A DNA stretch of 64,000 bases from an uncultured Anaerolinea sp. (lineage in GTDB: Bacteria > Chloroflexota > Anaerolineae > Anaerolineales > Anaerolineaceae), in NCBI GenBank assembly GCA_964567255.1, contig CAZMMI010000001.1, positions 1,247 to 65,246 on the forward strand. The letters are read 5' to 3'. Each line of letters opens with the position of its first letter. The stretch's first letter is position 1. The position numbers were made by a program, and so were the translations under genes. Positions 35,145 through 43,760 of this stretch are shown here, in pieces. The notes below the pieces were generated by a model. It was not told where the DNA came from, searched no databases, and saw only the letters and a program-made list of their open reading frames with translations.

Positions 35145-35738
35145 TCAGTTCGGGACGTTTTGTCTCGCAACGCCAATGAGGGTGTAAAGATAACGCAGTT
35201 GATCTTCCAGAGTTGAAGCAGTGAACATGATCACCGCTGATGATAGGCGGAGACCTTCGAGGAATACCACGATGTGAGCTGCCGTCTCTCTTGCGTCGAC
35301 TTTGGTAAATGCCTGCTGATCCTGTCCATAGCGGATCAGCTTTTCCAATATCTCGACGGCTGTGCCGTAACGCCGATCCAGATAAGGTTTCTGTTCTGGA
35401 TGGGCAAGGCAAAATTCATGAACCGCCATGGAGAGCCGGCCTGCGCCCTGATGGATGTCCTGTTTTTGCTGTTGGATGAAGTAGTCAAAAATTTTCCTGG
35501 CTGGTATGCCTGCGGCAATGGCCTCATCAAGTTCTTGGATGGAACTTTCTTTGTCTAAATCCAGCATGGTGACAAATATGGTTTTGGGTGAGTCGAAGTA
35601 GCGATATAGACCACCTCTACTCAGTCCCAGCCGGTCGCAAAAATCTTTCATGGTGACCACAGAATAGCCTTTTTCAGCAAACAGCACTTTAGCTGTTTCT
35701 AGGATGGTCGTTTTGGTCTGGTCGCCTTTCTTTAACAT
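35145..35738 (-). CDS. TetR/AcrR family transcriptional regulator
   Basis: The HTH is TKTTILETAKVLFAEKGYSVVTMKDFCDRLGLSRGGLYRYF. The gene lies upstream of, and co-directional with, the isochorismatase-family gene. Confidence 0.9.
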   Translation of the reverse strand: MLKKGDQTKTTILETAKVLFAEKGYSVVTMKDFCDRLGLSRGGLYRYFDSPKTIFVTMLDLDKESSIQELDEAIAAGIPARKIFDYFIQQQKQDIHQGAGRLSMAVHEFCLAHPEQKPYLDRRYGTAVEILEKLIRYGQDQQAFTKVDARETAAHIVVFLEGLRLSSAVIMFTASTLEDQLRYLYTLIGVARQNVPN

Positions 35739-35761
35739 GTTTTCTCCGCTTGTTCAATAAA

Positions 35762-35810
35762 CGACACCGGTGTCGCTTATTATTATGCGACACTAGTGTC
35801 GTTTTGTCAA
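35762..35810 (-). promoter_or_regulatory. Promoter with two perfect 14-bp palindromic operators
   Basis: On the minus strand, TTGACA (35805-35810), a 17-nt spacer, then CATAAT (35782-35787). CGACACTAGTGTCG (35788-35801) fills the spacer. CGACACCGGTGTCG (35762-35775) lies between the -10 box and the start codon. Confidence 0.7.
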
Positions 35811-36051
35811 GGGTGGAAAAGTGAAGGATAGTTAGCTGAACAAGCTCCCATGCGGTCTGGAAATGCTCAACGGAGGATTGAGATTGCCAGAGTTTCAGAT
35901 CAAACATTCTGTGACGCTCCCCACGTGCTAGAAGCGCGGGGGCTTCTTGAGAAACGCATGACGCAACCGCCTACGTTCACTCTCAATGGGCGCGTCCCGC
36001 CCAAAATAGTTGCACCCATTTTCAAGTGGTAGATTCAAGTTGGGCGGAACG

Positions 36052-37173
36052 CTAGTCCACCTGCTTCCAGACCGGGTCGCGGAGGAGGAGGAGGACGAGT
36101 AGCCCGCCCAGCACCAGGCTGGGGATGCCGATGCCAAAGGATAGGACGATGCTGACCGGCGCTATGACCGCGGTCATGAAGAAGGACAGCACCTGGTTAT
36201 TGAGCGCGTGCAGGTATGCCGCTGTCCACAAGCCTTTGGATTTGAACACTGCGTAAGCCAGGACATAGGCCAGTACTACCGTGTACCCCGTCATTAGCAG
36301 CGAGCCGAGCAACGGCTCTCCGGGGTAGTTGTAGCCCATCCAGATGACCGGCCAGTGCCAGATGCCCCAGATGACGCCCAACAGTCCAACGCCGCGGATA
36401 CGGCCCAGGTGGACCAACTCGCCCTGCAAATAACCGCGCCAGCCGTACTCTTCGCCAAAGGTGACGATCAGCCCCAGGAACGGGCCAATGATTACCGCGT
36501 TGAAGAAGGCAGAAGCCAGCAGGACCAGTGGCGGCATGGCAGCGGCTGCCGCAGCCGCTTCAGGCGGGTACAGGCTGGTGATATCTACCGGCGTGCCCAG
36601 TTTGAAGACATAATTGAGCAGGGTCTGCATGCCGTAGAATAAAACCATCAACAGCCCGTACAGCAGCCACAGGCGGATTTTGCCAAAGGCCATGCCCGCC
36701 CCGGCAAAGGACTGCGGGCCGCCACGCCAGCGCAGCACGGCCAGCAAGATCAGGCCCACCACGCTCAAGAGCAGCAGCGAAGCGCTTAGCGTGGCAGCCA
36801 GCGACGGCAGGATGAACCCAACCACGGTGGCGGCCAGGTAAACGACGGTCATCAATAAATAAAAGTAGATGAACCAGCGCGAGGCGGTATGGTTGGTCTT
36901 GTGGTAGACCGGGCTCTCTTTGAAGAAGAACACCCCCAGCAGCAGGGCCGCGAAAGCGGGCATCAGCATCTGGGTCTGCAAAATCAGGCTGGTGGCAGGG
37001 TGCGTCAGCCCACCGTTGAGGTACAGCACCAGGTCAATCAACCAGGTCAGCCCAAAGGATACCCCAAGGAACGCCCCAACGTGCGGCCAGTTGACCGCGC
37101 GCTTTGCGGCGGGGGATAGCGTGACCGGGTCAGTGATCAACACTTCTGATTGTGAAGAATTTGATTGTGTCAT
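36052..37173 (-). CDS. CPBP (CAAX/Abi-type) intramembrane glutamic endopeptidase family protein
   Basis: 373 aa and polytopic, with EEYGWRGYL (EExxxR) and HALNN motifs. Confidence 0.8.
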   Translation of the reverse strand: MTQSNSSQSEVLITDPVTLSPAAKRAVNWPHVGAFLGVSFGLTWLIDLVLYLNGGLTHPATSLILQTQMLMPAFAALLLGVFFFKESPVYHKTNHTASRWFIYFYLLMTVVYLAATVVGFILPSLAATLSASLLLLSVVGLILLAVLRWRGGPQSFAGAGMAFGKIRLWLLYGLLMVLFYGMQTLLNYVFKLGTPVDITSLYPPEAAAAAAAMPPLVLLASAFFNAVIIGPFLGLIVTFGEEYGWRGYLQGELVHLGRIRGVGLLGVIWGIWHWPVIWMGYNYPGEPLLGSLLMTGYTVVLAYVLAYAVFKSKGLWTAAYLHALNNQVLSFFMTAVIAPVSIVLSFGIGIPSLVLGGLLVLLLLRDPVWKQVD

Positions 37174-37305
37174 TGTAAGCTCCTTTTTTTCGGTCGCCAG
37201 CCGGTGATCCGGCGGGCGCGCATTTCATAGTTTTTGATCCCACCCCCAGCAAGGGCTTTATCCGCTGCTGCGGGTGGGCTGCTCGATCAGCGGTGGACTG
37301 TTTTG

Positions 37306-38178
37306 TTATACGCCCACTGCCGCATTATCAAAGACTTCCACGCGGCGCTTTTCCAGCCAGCCGACTGCCAGCAAGTGCACCGCGATATCAAGGCTGAAGT
37401 GGGCCAGGATGGCGGCCTCCAGGCCGTAGCGCATGTACAGGTAGCCAAACGCCACGCCGGGAATGCCGTTGAGCAGCACCGCGCGGGCTACCACGGTGGG
37501 GGTCAACTTAGCCTGCATTGCGGTGGCGGGCAGGTGCCCCAGGCCAAAGAGCACCGCGGCAAGAATGTTCGCCACCCACAATGCCCCTGCCGCCGGAAGC
37601 CCGCTGGCAGTATCCTGCCAGATCAGGCCAATCAGCCAGGCCAGCCCGCTCATCAGGAACAGGCGCATAAAGATCTCTTCGTCGATGCCGCCGTAGAAAC
37701 AGGCCAACACGCGCTTCCAGAAGGCGGCTTTGCCGTCCACGGCCCCCACGGCACGCGCGACGCGCGGCAGGAAGTAGGCATACTCCAGGATTATAATGAT
37801 TACCCCGGTGAGTACGCTCAGGGCCAGGGTGGCGGGCAGCAGTTCAGCGATCAGTCCGCCCACCGGCTGGCCGTTCAGCGCGGCTTGCAGCACCGGCAGG
37901 CCCAGCCCCACCTGCTGCGCTGCCAGCAGCCCCACAAACGTAGCGCTTCCGACCAGCAGCAGACTCTGCATCACGCTGGCCAGAATCAACACTGGCATCG
38001 GAGGCAGTTTTTTGGGTTTTTCGCCCGGTTTCACTTCAACTGGCTGCTTGCTCCTCGCGGCCTTAAGCTGTTCCATTACCTTGGGGTTCAGCGTCAATGC
38101 ATACGGCAGGATGACGATCGCGCCGAACAAACCAGCGGCGGCAAGGATAAAGAAAATGCTCCAGGGAAATGTACTCAT
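37306..38178 (-). CDS. CPBP (CAAX/Abi-type) intramembrane endopeptidase family protein
   Basis: 290 aa and polytopic, with DEEIFMRLFL, FGLGHL and HFSLD motifs. Confidence 0.8.
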   Translation of the reverse strand: MSTFPWSIFFILAAAGLFGAIVILPYALTLNPKVMEQLKAARSKQPVEVKPGEKPKKLPPMPVLILASVMQSLLLVGSATFVGLLAAQQVGLGLPVLQAALNGQPVGGLIAELLPATLALSVLTGVIIIILEYAYFLPRVARAVGAVDGKAAFWKRVLACFYGGIDEEIFMRLFLMSGLAWLIGLIWQDTASGLPAAGALWVANILAAVLFGLGHLPATAMQAKLTPTVVARAVLLNGIPGVAFGYLYMRYGLEAAILAHFSLDIAVHLLAVGWLEKRRVEVFDNAAVGV

Positions 38179-38189
38179 TACATCGATCC

Positions 38190-38768
38190 TTATTTGCTGC
38201 CGGGTTCCACATCCGGCAGCATGATGGTTGAAAAAATGCGCTTCTTGCGCTCCGGCGTATCCTGAAGCTGCAAGAAGGGCAGCAGGGCCTGGTTGAACGC
38301 CACCGCCATCTGGCCCATCTCCACGTCACTAAGGAAGAGGGGAATTTTATGGTAACCGACCCCATCTGCTGCCATGTCCAGGTCGCCCTGACGGTGATTC
38401 AGGTAGCGGGTGAAATCGTCCACCAGGGTCATTACAAAGGTGGTGAAGTAGCGCTGGTGCTCGGCCCGGCTGAGACTGTTGAAGGCCGCCACGGCCGCTT
38501 CCTCCGAGATAAATGGGCTGGTGGTCTGGTTGAGTGCGTAAACCTTCTCTAGCGTGCCGCGCACTGGGCGATCGGCGGTTACCACCAGCAGCCCGGCCTG
38601 GGCAAGCTTGTTAATGTGCCGATACAGCGTGGCCTGGGGCACATCGCTCATCTGCTCGGCCATTTGCTGCGGTGTGAGCCCCTGCTTGCCAGCCAGCAGC
38701 ATCAAAATGCGCATGCGCACCGGGTGCAGGGCGATATCAAGGATGTTTTTGACTCCGTTTTTATTCAT
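38190..38768 (-). CDS. ArsR-like winged-HTH transcriptional regulator
   Basis: The N-terminal HTH is HPVRMRILMLLAGKQGLTPQQMAEQMSDVPQATLYRHINKLAQAGLL. It is the first gene of an operon with the two CPBP genes. Confidence 0.75.
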   Translation of the reverse strand: MNKNGVKNILDIALHPVRMRILMLLAGKQGLTPQQMAEQMSDVPQATLYRHINKLAQAGLLVVTADRPVRGTLEKVYALNQTTSPFISEEAAVAAFNSLSRAEHQRYFTTFVMTLVDDFTRYLNHRQGDLDMAADGVGYHKIPLFLSDVEMGQMAVAFNQALLPFLQLQDTPERKKRIFSTIMLPDVEPGSK

Positions 38769-38788
38769 TTAATCTCACTTTTGATTTT

Positions 38789-38842
38789 ATTATCAATTAT
38801 GATAATATACTCATATTATATTATCAATTTCGAGAATGTCAA
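38789..38842 (-). promoter_or_regulatory. Promoter and operator candidates of the ArsR-like/CPBP operon
   Basis: On the minus strand, TTGACA (38837-38842), a 16-nt spacer, then TATAAT (38815-38820). ATTATCA-atta-TGATAAT is an inverted repeat at 38789-38806. ATTATCAATT occurs twice, at 38789 and 38820. Confidence 0.6.
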
Positions 38843-38881
38843 GAGGCTGTCTGGTATGGAGTGACTTTAAGAAAATCATGA

Positions 38882-39058
38882 CGGAAATGTGGCGAGATGG
38901 TTCCCAAAGATTTGCATATTCGAAAACACCATTGTCCTCATTGTGGTCTGGAACTGGGTCGCGATCAAAACGCGGCTTTGAACATTCTGGCTCGTGGACT
39001 AGTGAGCTTCCGGCTTGGACCGGTAGAAGCTGCGGGATTTTTCGTCCAAGCAGAGTAG
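38882..39058 (+). pseudogene. C-terminal remnant of a TnpB/OrfB (IS200/IS605-IS607 type) gene
   Basis: The open frame between stops translates to RKCGEMVPKDLHIRKHHCPHCGLELGRDQNAALNILARGLVSF... This is the zinc-finger plus RuvC-III (D.NAA.NI) signature. About 350 N-terminal residues are missing. Confidence 0.7.
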
Positions 39059-39084
39059 TCACTCCCCAGCTTTAATGAGGCGCG

Positions 39085-41883
39085 ATGTATAATGATTTTA
39101 CGATGCCCGGTGACCTTCTCCTCACGAAGCTGTACGCTCCCCCGCCTCGGCCTAATCTTGTTCTCCGCTCCCGTTTGGTGCAGCGGCTGAATGAAGGCCT
39201 TTCTGCAGGGCGTAAGTTAACGCTCATCTCAGCACCCGCCGGTTTTGGCAAGACAACTCTGGTCAGCGAATGGCTCGCTAATAACGAAAACCCTGTGGCC
39301 TGGCTGTCACTGGATGAAGGGGATAACGACCCCACCCGCTTTCTGACTTACCTCGTGGCGGCCTTGCAAACGATTGCGCCCAATATTGGAACGGGCGCAA
39401 TGGCTGTTCTTCAATCTGCCCAACCACCCTCCGCTGAGCCGATATTGACAACCCTGCTCAATGAAATCGCTGCCATCTCGGACAGCTTCATCCTGGTGCT
39501 GGATGATTACCATTTGATTGATTCCAAAGCAGTAGATCTGGCCCTGACTTTCCTCGTCGATCACCTGCCACCCCAGTTGCACCTGGTGATCACCACCCGT
39601 GAGGATCCGTCCCTGCCTCTGCCCCGCTACCGTGTCAGAGGTCATTCGAACGAACTGCGCGCTGATGACCTACGCTTTACCAGTGAGGAAGCTGCTGCAT
39701 TTCTTAACCAGATGATGAACCTCGACCTGTCGGCGGAAGACATCGCTGCCCTGGAGACCCGCACCGAAGGTTGGATTGCAGGCTTGCAATTGGCTGCGCT
39801 CGCTATGCTCGCTATGCAAGGACAACAAGATACCACCCGCTTCATTCAGTCTTTCTCAGGCAGCCACCATTTCGTGCTAGATTATTTACTTGAAGAAGTC
39901 CTGCAACGACAGACCGAAAGTGTCCAGACATTCTTGCTGCAAACCTCGATCCTCAACCGTCTGTGCGGGCCGCTTTGCGATGCCGTCTTGCGCGATAGTG
40001 CGGGCTCCGGTCAGGCAACCTTGGCGTATCTCGAACGCGTAAACCTGTTTATTGTCCCCCTGGACAGCGAGCGCCGCTGGTACCGCTATCATCATCTCTT
40101 TGGGGATATCCTCCGCCAGCGATTAGGACAATGGCTGCCATCTGCAGAAATCGCAGAACATCATCTCCGCGCCAGCCTGTGGTATGAAAAGGAAGGGGAT
40201 AAGGCCGAAGCTTTTCAGCATGCTTTTGCTGCCGGCGATTTTGGGCGGGCAGCGGGGCTGGCTGAGTTGGTCTGGCAGGTCATGGAAGCCTCTTTTCAGT
40301 CTGCCGCCTGGCTGGGATGGGTCAAAAAACTCCCAGAAGACGTGGTCCGTATCCGGCCGGTGCTCTGCACCCAGATGGCTCAGGCGTTCATGGATGCGGG
40401 CGAGCCGGAGGACAGCGAGGCCTGCTTGCAAGATGCCGAACGCTGCTTGAATGGATCTTCGGCGGGGCTTGTTGTGGCAGATGAAGCGCAACTTGGGCCT
40501 CTGCCGGCGGTGATTGCCATGACCCGCGCCTATAACGCCCAGGTTCAGGGCAAGCTTTCGGCCACGGTGAAATATGCCGAACTTGCGCTTACACTAATCC
40601 CTGAAGGGGATCTTTTCAGGCGTGCCCAGGCTACGATCACGCTGGAGGTCACCCACTGGGCTAACGGAGACCTGGAGTCCGCCCGCTTTGCCTTGGTTGA
40701 CTGGATGAAAAGTATGCAAAAGGCGGGTAACTTCGTTTTTGTTGTTGCCAGTGCTTTTGCCCTGGCTGATATCCTGGTTGCGCAAGGGCACCTCCGCGAA
40801 GCAGCCAAAACCTACCAGCAGTCCTTACAACTCGCCTCAAAACATGGCAAGGATGCGCTACAAATCACTGCGCACCATCACTTGGGGTTAGCGCTGCTGT
40901 ACCATGAGATGGGGGAGAATGCAGCCGCTGCGGAACTCCTGCAGAAAGCCGGGGAACTGGGCGAGCAGACCACGCTGGTTGACTGGTCTTACCGCTGGCA
41001 TCTTGCTCAAGCCCGGCTCAAGGAGTCTGGGGGGGACCTGGAAGCTGCGCTGTTCCGGTTGGATGAAGCCGGGCGCGCGTATGTCAAGAATCCCGTACCG
41101 GATACCCGTCCTATCGAAGCCTTGAAAGCGAAAATATATCTCAAGCAAGGCCGCTTGGACCTGGCCCAGGATTGGGCGCGTGAGCGAGGGTTGTCGGCTG
41201 ACGATGAAATCAGTTACCTGGGCGAGTTCGAGCATCTCACCCTGGTCCGGGTGCTGATGGCCGAATATCAGAATCGCCAGGGTAGGCAAGCTTTGGCGCA
41301 GGCCACGCAAGCAATTGGATTATTGGAGCGCCTGCTGAAAGCAGCTGAAGCGCAAAGAAGGACCGGCAGTGTCCTTGAAATTCTGGTGACGCAGGCGCTG
41401 GCCTATCAGGCGCAAGGGAACCTCTCCCCGGCTCTGGCATCACTCGAACGCGCTCTGACTCTGGCTGAGCCGGAAGGCTATCTGCGGCTCTTCGTTGATG
41501 AAGGCGAACCGCTGCGTTTGCTTCTGTTGGAAATTCGACCCGCACCTGTGGTGGGGCAGGTGTCAAGAATTTATAAGCAATCGAGCGGCGTGGGCCATCC
41601 ACGGCTCGGTTATATTGAAAAGCTCCTATCGGCCTTTGATCGAACTGTAGGGAAGCAGTCAACAGCCCGTCCTAAAGTACCGGATATGATTGAGCCATTG
41701 AGCGAACGCGAACTGGAAGTGCTGCGCCTGGTCGCCCAGGGACTTACCAATGACGAAATTAGCCAGCGACTTGTTCTGGCCTTGAGCACGGTCAAAGGGC
41801 ACAACTTGCGCATCTTTGGCAAACTGCAAGCACGGAATCGTTCTAAAGCCGTGAGCCGCGCCCGCGAGTTGGGCCTGTTGTAA
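39085..41883 (+). CDS. MalT/LuxR-type STAND transcriptional regulator (NTPase + TPR-like sensor + LuxR HTH), copy 1
   Basis: 932 aa. Walker A is LISAPAGFGKTTL. It has a long helical repeat region, and the C-terminal HTH is LSERELEVLRLVAQGLTNDEISQRLVLALSTVKGHNLRIFGKL. The start could instead be the ATG at 39103. Confidence 0.9.
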   Translation: MYNDFTMPGDLLLTKLYAPPPRPNLVLRSRLVQRLNEGLSAGRKLTLISAPAGFGKTTLVSEWLANNENPVAWLSLDEGDNDPTRFLTYLVAALQTIAPNIGTGAMAVLQSAQPPSAEPILTTLLNEIAAISDSFILVLDDYHLIDSKAVDLALTFLVDHLPPQLHLVITTREDPSLPLPRYRVRGHSNELRADDLRFTSEEAAAFLNQMMNLDLSAEDIAALETRTEGWIAGLQLAALAMLAMQGQQDTTRFIQSFSGSHHFVLDYLLEEVLQRQTESVQTFLLQTSILNRLCGPLCDAVLRDSAGSGQATLAYLERVNLFIVPLDSERRWYRYHHLFGDILRQRLGQWLPSAEIAEHHLRASLWYEKEGDKAEAFQHAFAAGDFGRAAGLAELVWQVMEASFQSAAWLGWVKKLPEDVVRIRPVLCTQMAQAFMDAGEPEDSEACLQDAERCLNGSSAGLVVADEAQLGPLPAVIAMTRAYNAQVQGKLSATVKYAELALTLIPEGDLFRRAQATITLEVTHWANGDLESARFALVDWMKSMQKAGNFVFVVASAFALADILVAQGHLREAAKTYQQSLQLASKHGKDALQITAHHHLGLALLYHEMGENAAAAELLQKAGELGEQTTLVDWSYRWHLAQARLKESGGDLEAALFRLDEAGRAYVKNPVPDTRPIEALKAKIYLKQGRLDLAQDWARERGLSADDEISYLGEFEHLTLVRVLMAEYQNRQGRQALAQATQAIGLLERLLKAAEAQRRTGSVLEILVTQALAYQAQGNLSPALASLERALTLAEPEGYLRLFVDEGEPLRLLLLEIRPAPVVGQVSRIYKQSSGVGHPRLGYIEKLLSAFDRTVGKQSTARPKVPDMIEPLSERELEVLRLVAQGLTNDEISQRLVLALSTVKGHNLRIFGKLQARNRSKAVSRARELGLL

Positions 41884-42008
41884 CTCCCAAAACAATACTT
41901 TAGAACAATACTTTTGGTTCTATCCGGCAGTACCTGGTTGCCGGTATATTACCTGTACATTGAACAAGTGGCACAGGCGTTTTATGTTGGTCGCAACAGG
42001 TACAAGGC

Positions 42009-42284
42009 ATGTCTAAGACATCCAACTCGAAAATTGAAAAAGGTCAGCCCGAGGTTTATGAAATCCGCATCAAAGGCCATTTGGGTTCTCAGTGGACAGA
42101 CTGGTTTGAAGGCCTGACCATCACGCTGGAAGACGCAGGCGATACGCTTTTAGCCGGCCCGGTAACTGACCAGGCCGCATTGTACGGCGTGCTAAAAAAA
42201 GTGCGTGATTTGGGCATGTCATTGCTCTCAGTTAATCGGATCCAATTCGATGAAATTTATCAAAACCATTCAAAAAAGGAGTGA
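42009..42284 (+). CDS. Conserved small protein of unknown function (91 aa), paralog of 48704-48988
   Basis: The motif IRIKGHLGSQWTDWFEGLTITLEDAGDTLLAGPVTDQAALYGVLKKVRDLGMSLLSV is shared with the second copy. Confidence 0.75.
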   Translation: MSKTSNSKIEKGQPEVYEIRIKGHLGSQWTDWFEGLTITLEDAGDTLLAGPVTDQAALYGVLKKVRDLGMSLLSVNRIQFDEIYQNHSKKE

Positions 42285-42289
42285 ATAAA

Positions 42290-42724
42290 ATGAATGCAAT
42301 CAAGAAAATCAACGGGGTGCAAGATATCAAAGGAGTGCTTTCAGCATTATGGATCTATTTGGCGGTAAATTACATTTACTGCGATCATCTCGGCATCATG
42401 GAGCCCGAGGTGTTTCAGGGTCTGGCAACCGGGCATATCGGATCTGTCCAGGTCAATCAGGGATTCTTGTTGGCGGCCGCTGTGATGATGCAGATCCCAT
42501 TTTTGATGATTGTTCTGTCCAGGGTATTGAAGTATGGCGTAAACCGTTGGGTAAACATTATCGCGGGCGCGATTATGATCGCCATACAAGTAGGATCGAT
42601 GGGCATGGGTACTGCCCCGACTCTGGTCTATTTGTTTTATAGCGCTGTAGAAATTGCATGCAATTTCATCATTATCTGGATAGCCTGGAAGTGGCGGAAC
42701 CCCGAATCCCAGCCCTCATCGTAA
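42290..42724 (+). CDS. Small 4-TM membrane protein, paralog of 43761-44126
   Basis: The track ORF starts at the GTG at 42281. The ATG at 42290 is better spaced from AAGGAG. It shares the RWVNIIA.....L........P motif with 43761-44126. Confidence 0.7.
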   Translation: MNAIKKINGVQDIKGVLSALWIYLAVNYIYCDHLGIMEPEVFQGLATGHIGSVQVNQGFLLAAAVMMQIPFLMIVLSRVLKYGVNRWVNIIAGAIMIAIQVGSMGMGTAPTLVYLFYSAVEIACNFIIIWIAWKWRNPESQPSS

Positions 42725-42756
42725 CCCAGTCTAGAAAATTGAATTTGGAGGATCTC

Positions 42757-43740
42757 TTGAAAGCGATTGTCTACTCTAAGTACGGCCCCGCCGATGTCTT
42801 GCATCTTCAGGATGTGGAAAAGCACACCGCAAAAGACAATGAAGTGCTGATCAAAGTTCATGCCACTTCCGTTACGGCGGGAGATTGCAACGCGCGCGGT
42901 TTTGTCTTTGTTCCGCCTGGCTTTGGTTTCATCGCGCGCTTGATGTTTGGCTTTCGTAAACCCAAGCAGCCTATCCTCGGCACGGAGTTGTCGGGTGAAA
43001 TTGTTGAGGTTGGCAAGGATGTCAAACGGTTCAAGAAAGGTGATCAGGTCTTTGGTATGAGTGGAAATTTCGGCGCGTATGCCGAATATGCTTGCCTGGC
43101 TGAAGACGCCCGACTGGTCATGAAACCAGCGAATTTGACCTTCGCGGAAGCCGCTTCCATTCCATTTGGCGCTACCACCGCACTCTATTTCTTGAGGGAC
43201 ATGGCAAGACTTCAGCCCGGGCAGAGGGTTCTCATAATTGGCGCTTCGGGCTGTACCGGCGTTTATGCTGTCCAACTTGCTAAATACTATGGGGCTGAAG
43301 TTACCGGCGTGTGCAGTACAAGGAATCTGGAGATGGTGCGGTCTCTTGGGGCAGACCATGTCATCGATTACACGCGAGAGGATTTCACCCAGAACGGCCA
43401 GAAGTATGATGTTATTCTTGATATGGTCCCAGGCAAGTCTTTGTTTACCCGTAATAAATCCTCCCTCAAGCCAAACGGGTTGTATCTGGCCGGGGCGGGC
43501 GGGTTGGATGCATTTGCTCAAATGGCCTGGACTGGGCTCGCCGGCGGCAAGAAAGTGATCGCCGGGATGGCGCCCGACCGAGTGGAAGATCTGGTTTTCC
43601 TCAAAGTGCTGCTAGAGACTGGAAAACTCAAACCAGTGATTGACCGGCGCTATCCATTAGCGCAGGCTGCCGAGGCGCACCGCTACGCAGACACAGGGCG
43701 GAAAAAAGGCAGTGTCGTCATCACCGTGACACCATCGTAA
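42757..43740 (+). CDS. MDR-superfamily NAD(P)-dependent (zinc-type/quinone) oxidoreductase
   Basis: The track ORF is 42658-43740. I propose the TTG at 42757, with GGAGGA upstream, which gives MKAIVYSKYGPADVLHLQDVE. This aligns with the start of the paralog at 50284. The nucleotide-binding motif is GASGCTGVYAVQLAK. Confidence 0.85.
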   Translation: MKAIVYSKYGPADVLHLQDVEKHTAKDNEVLIKVHATSVTAGDCNARGFVFVPPGFGFIARLMFGFRKPKQPILGTELSGEIVEVGKDVKRFKKGDQVFGMSGNFGAYAEYACLAEDARLVMKPANLTFAEAASIPFGATTALYFLRDMARLQPGQRVLIIGASGCTGVYAVQLAKYYGAEVTGVCSTRNLEMVRSLGADHVIDYTREDFTQNGQKYDVILDMVPGKSLFTRNKSSLKPNGLYLAGAGGLDAFAQMAWTGLAGGKKVIAGMAPDRVEDLVFLKVLLETGKLKPVIDRRYPLAQAAEAHRYADTGRKKGSVVITVTPS

Positions 43741-43760
43741 ATAAAAAAGGAGGTTGAGTC

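Noticed and set aside
37234-38265. 343-aa plus-strand ORF
   Set aside because: It is antisense to the second CPBP gene. It is Gln/Gly/His/Arg-rich with no motifs, whereas the minus-strand product has the EExxxR, FxxxH and HxxxD CPBP motifs.
42637-43521. 294-aa minus-strand ORF
   Set aside because: It is antisense to the MDR oxidoreductase, which has a clear paralog at 50284-51261. No motifs were seen.
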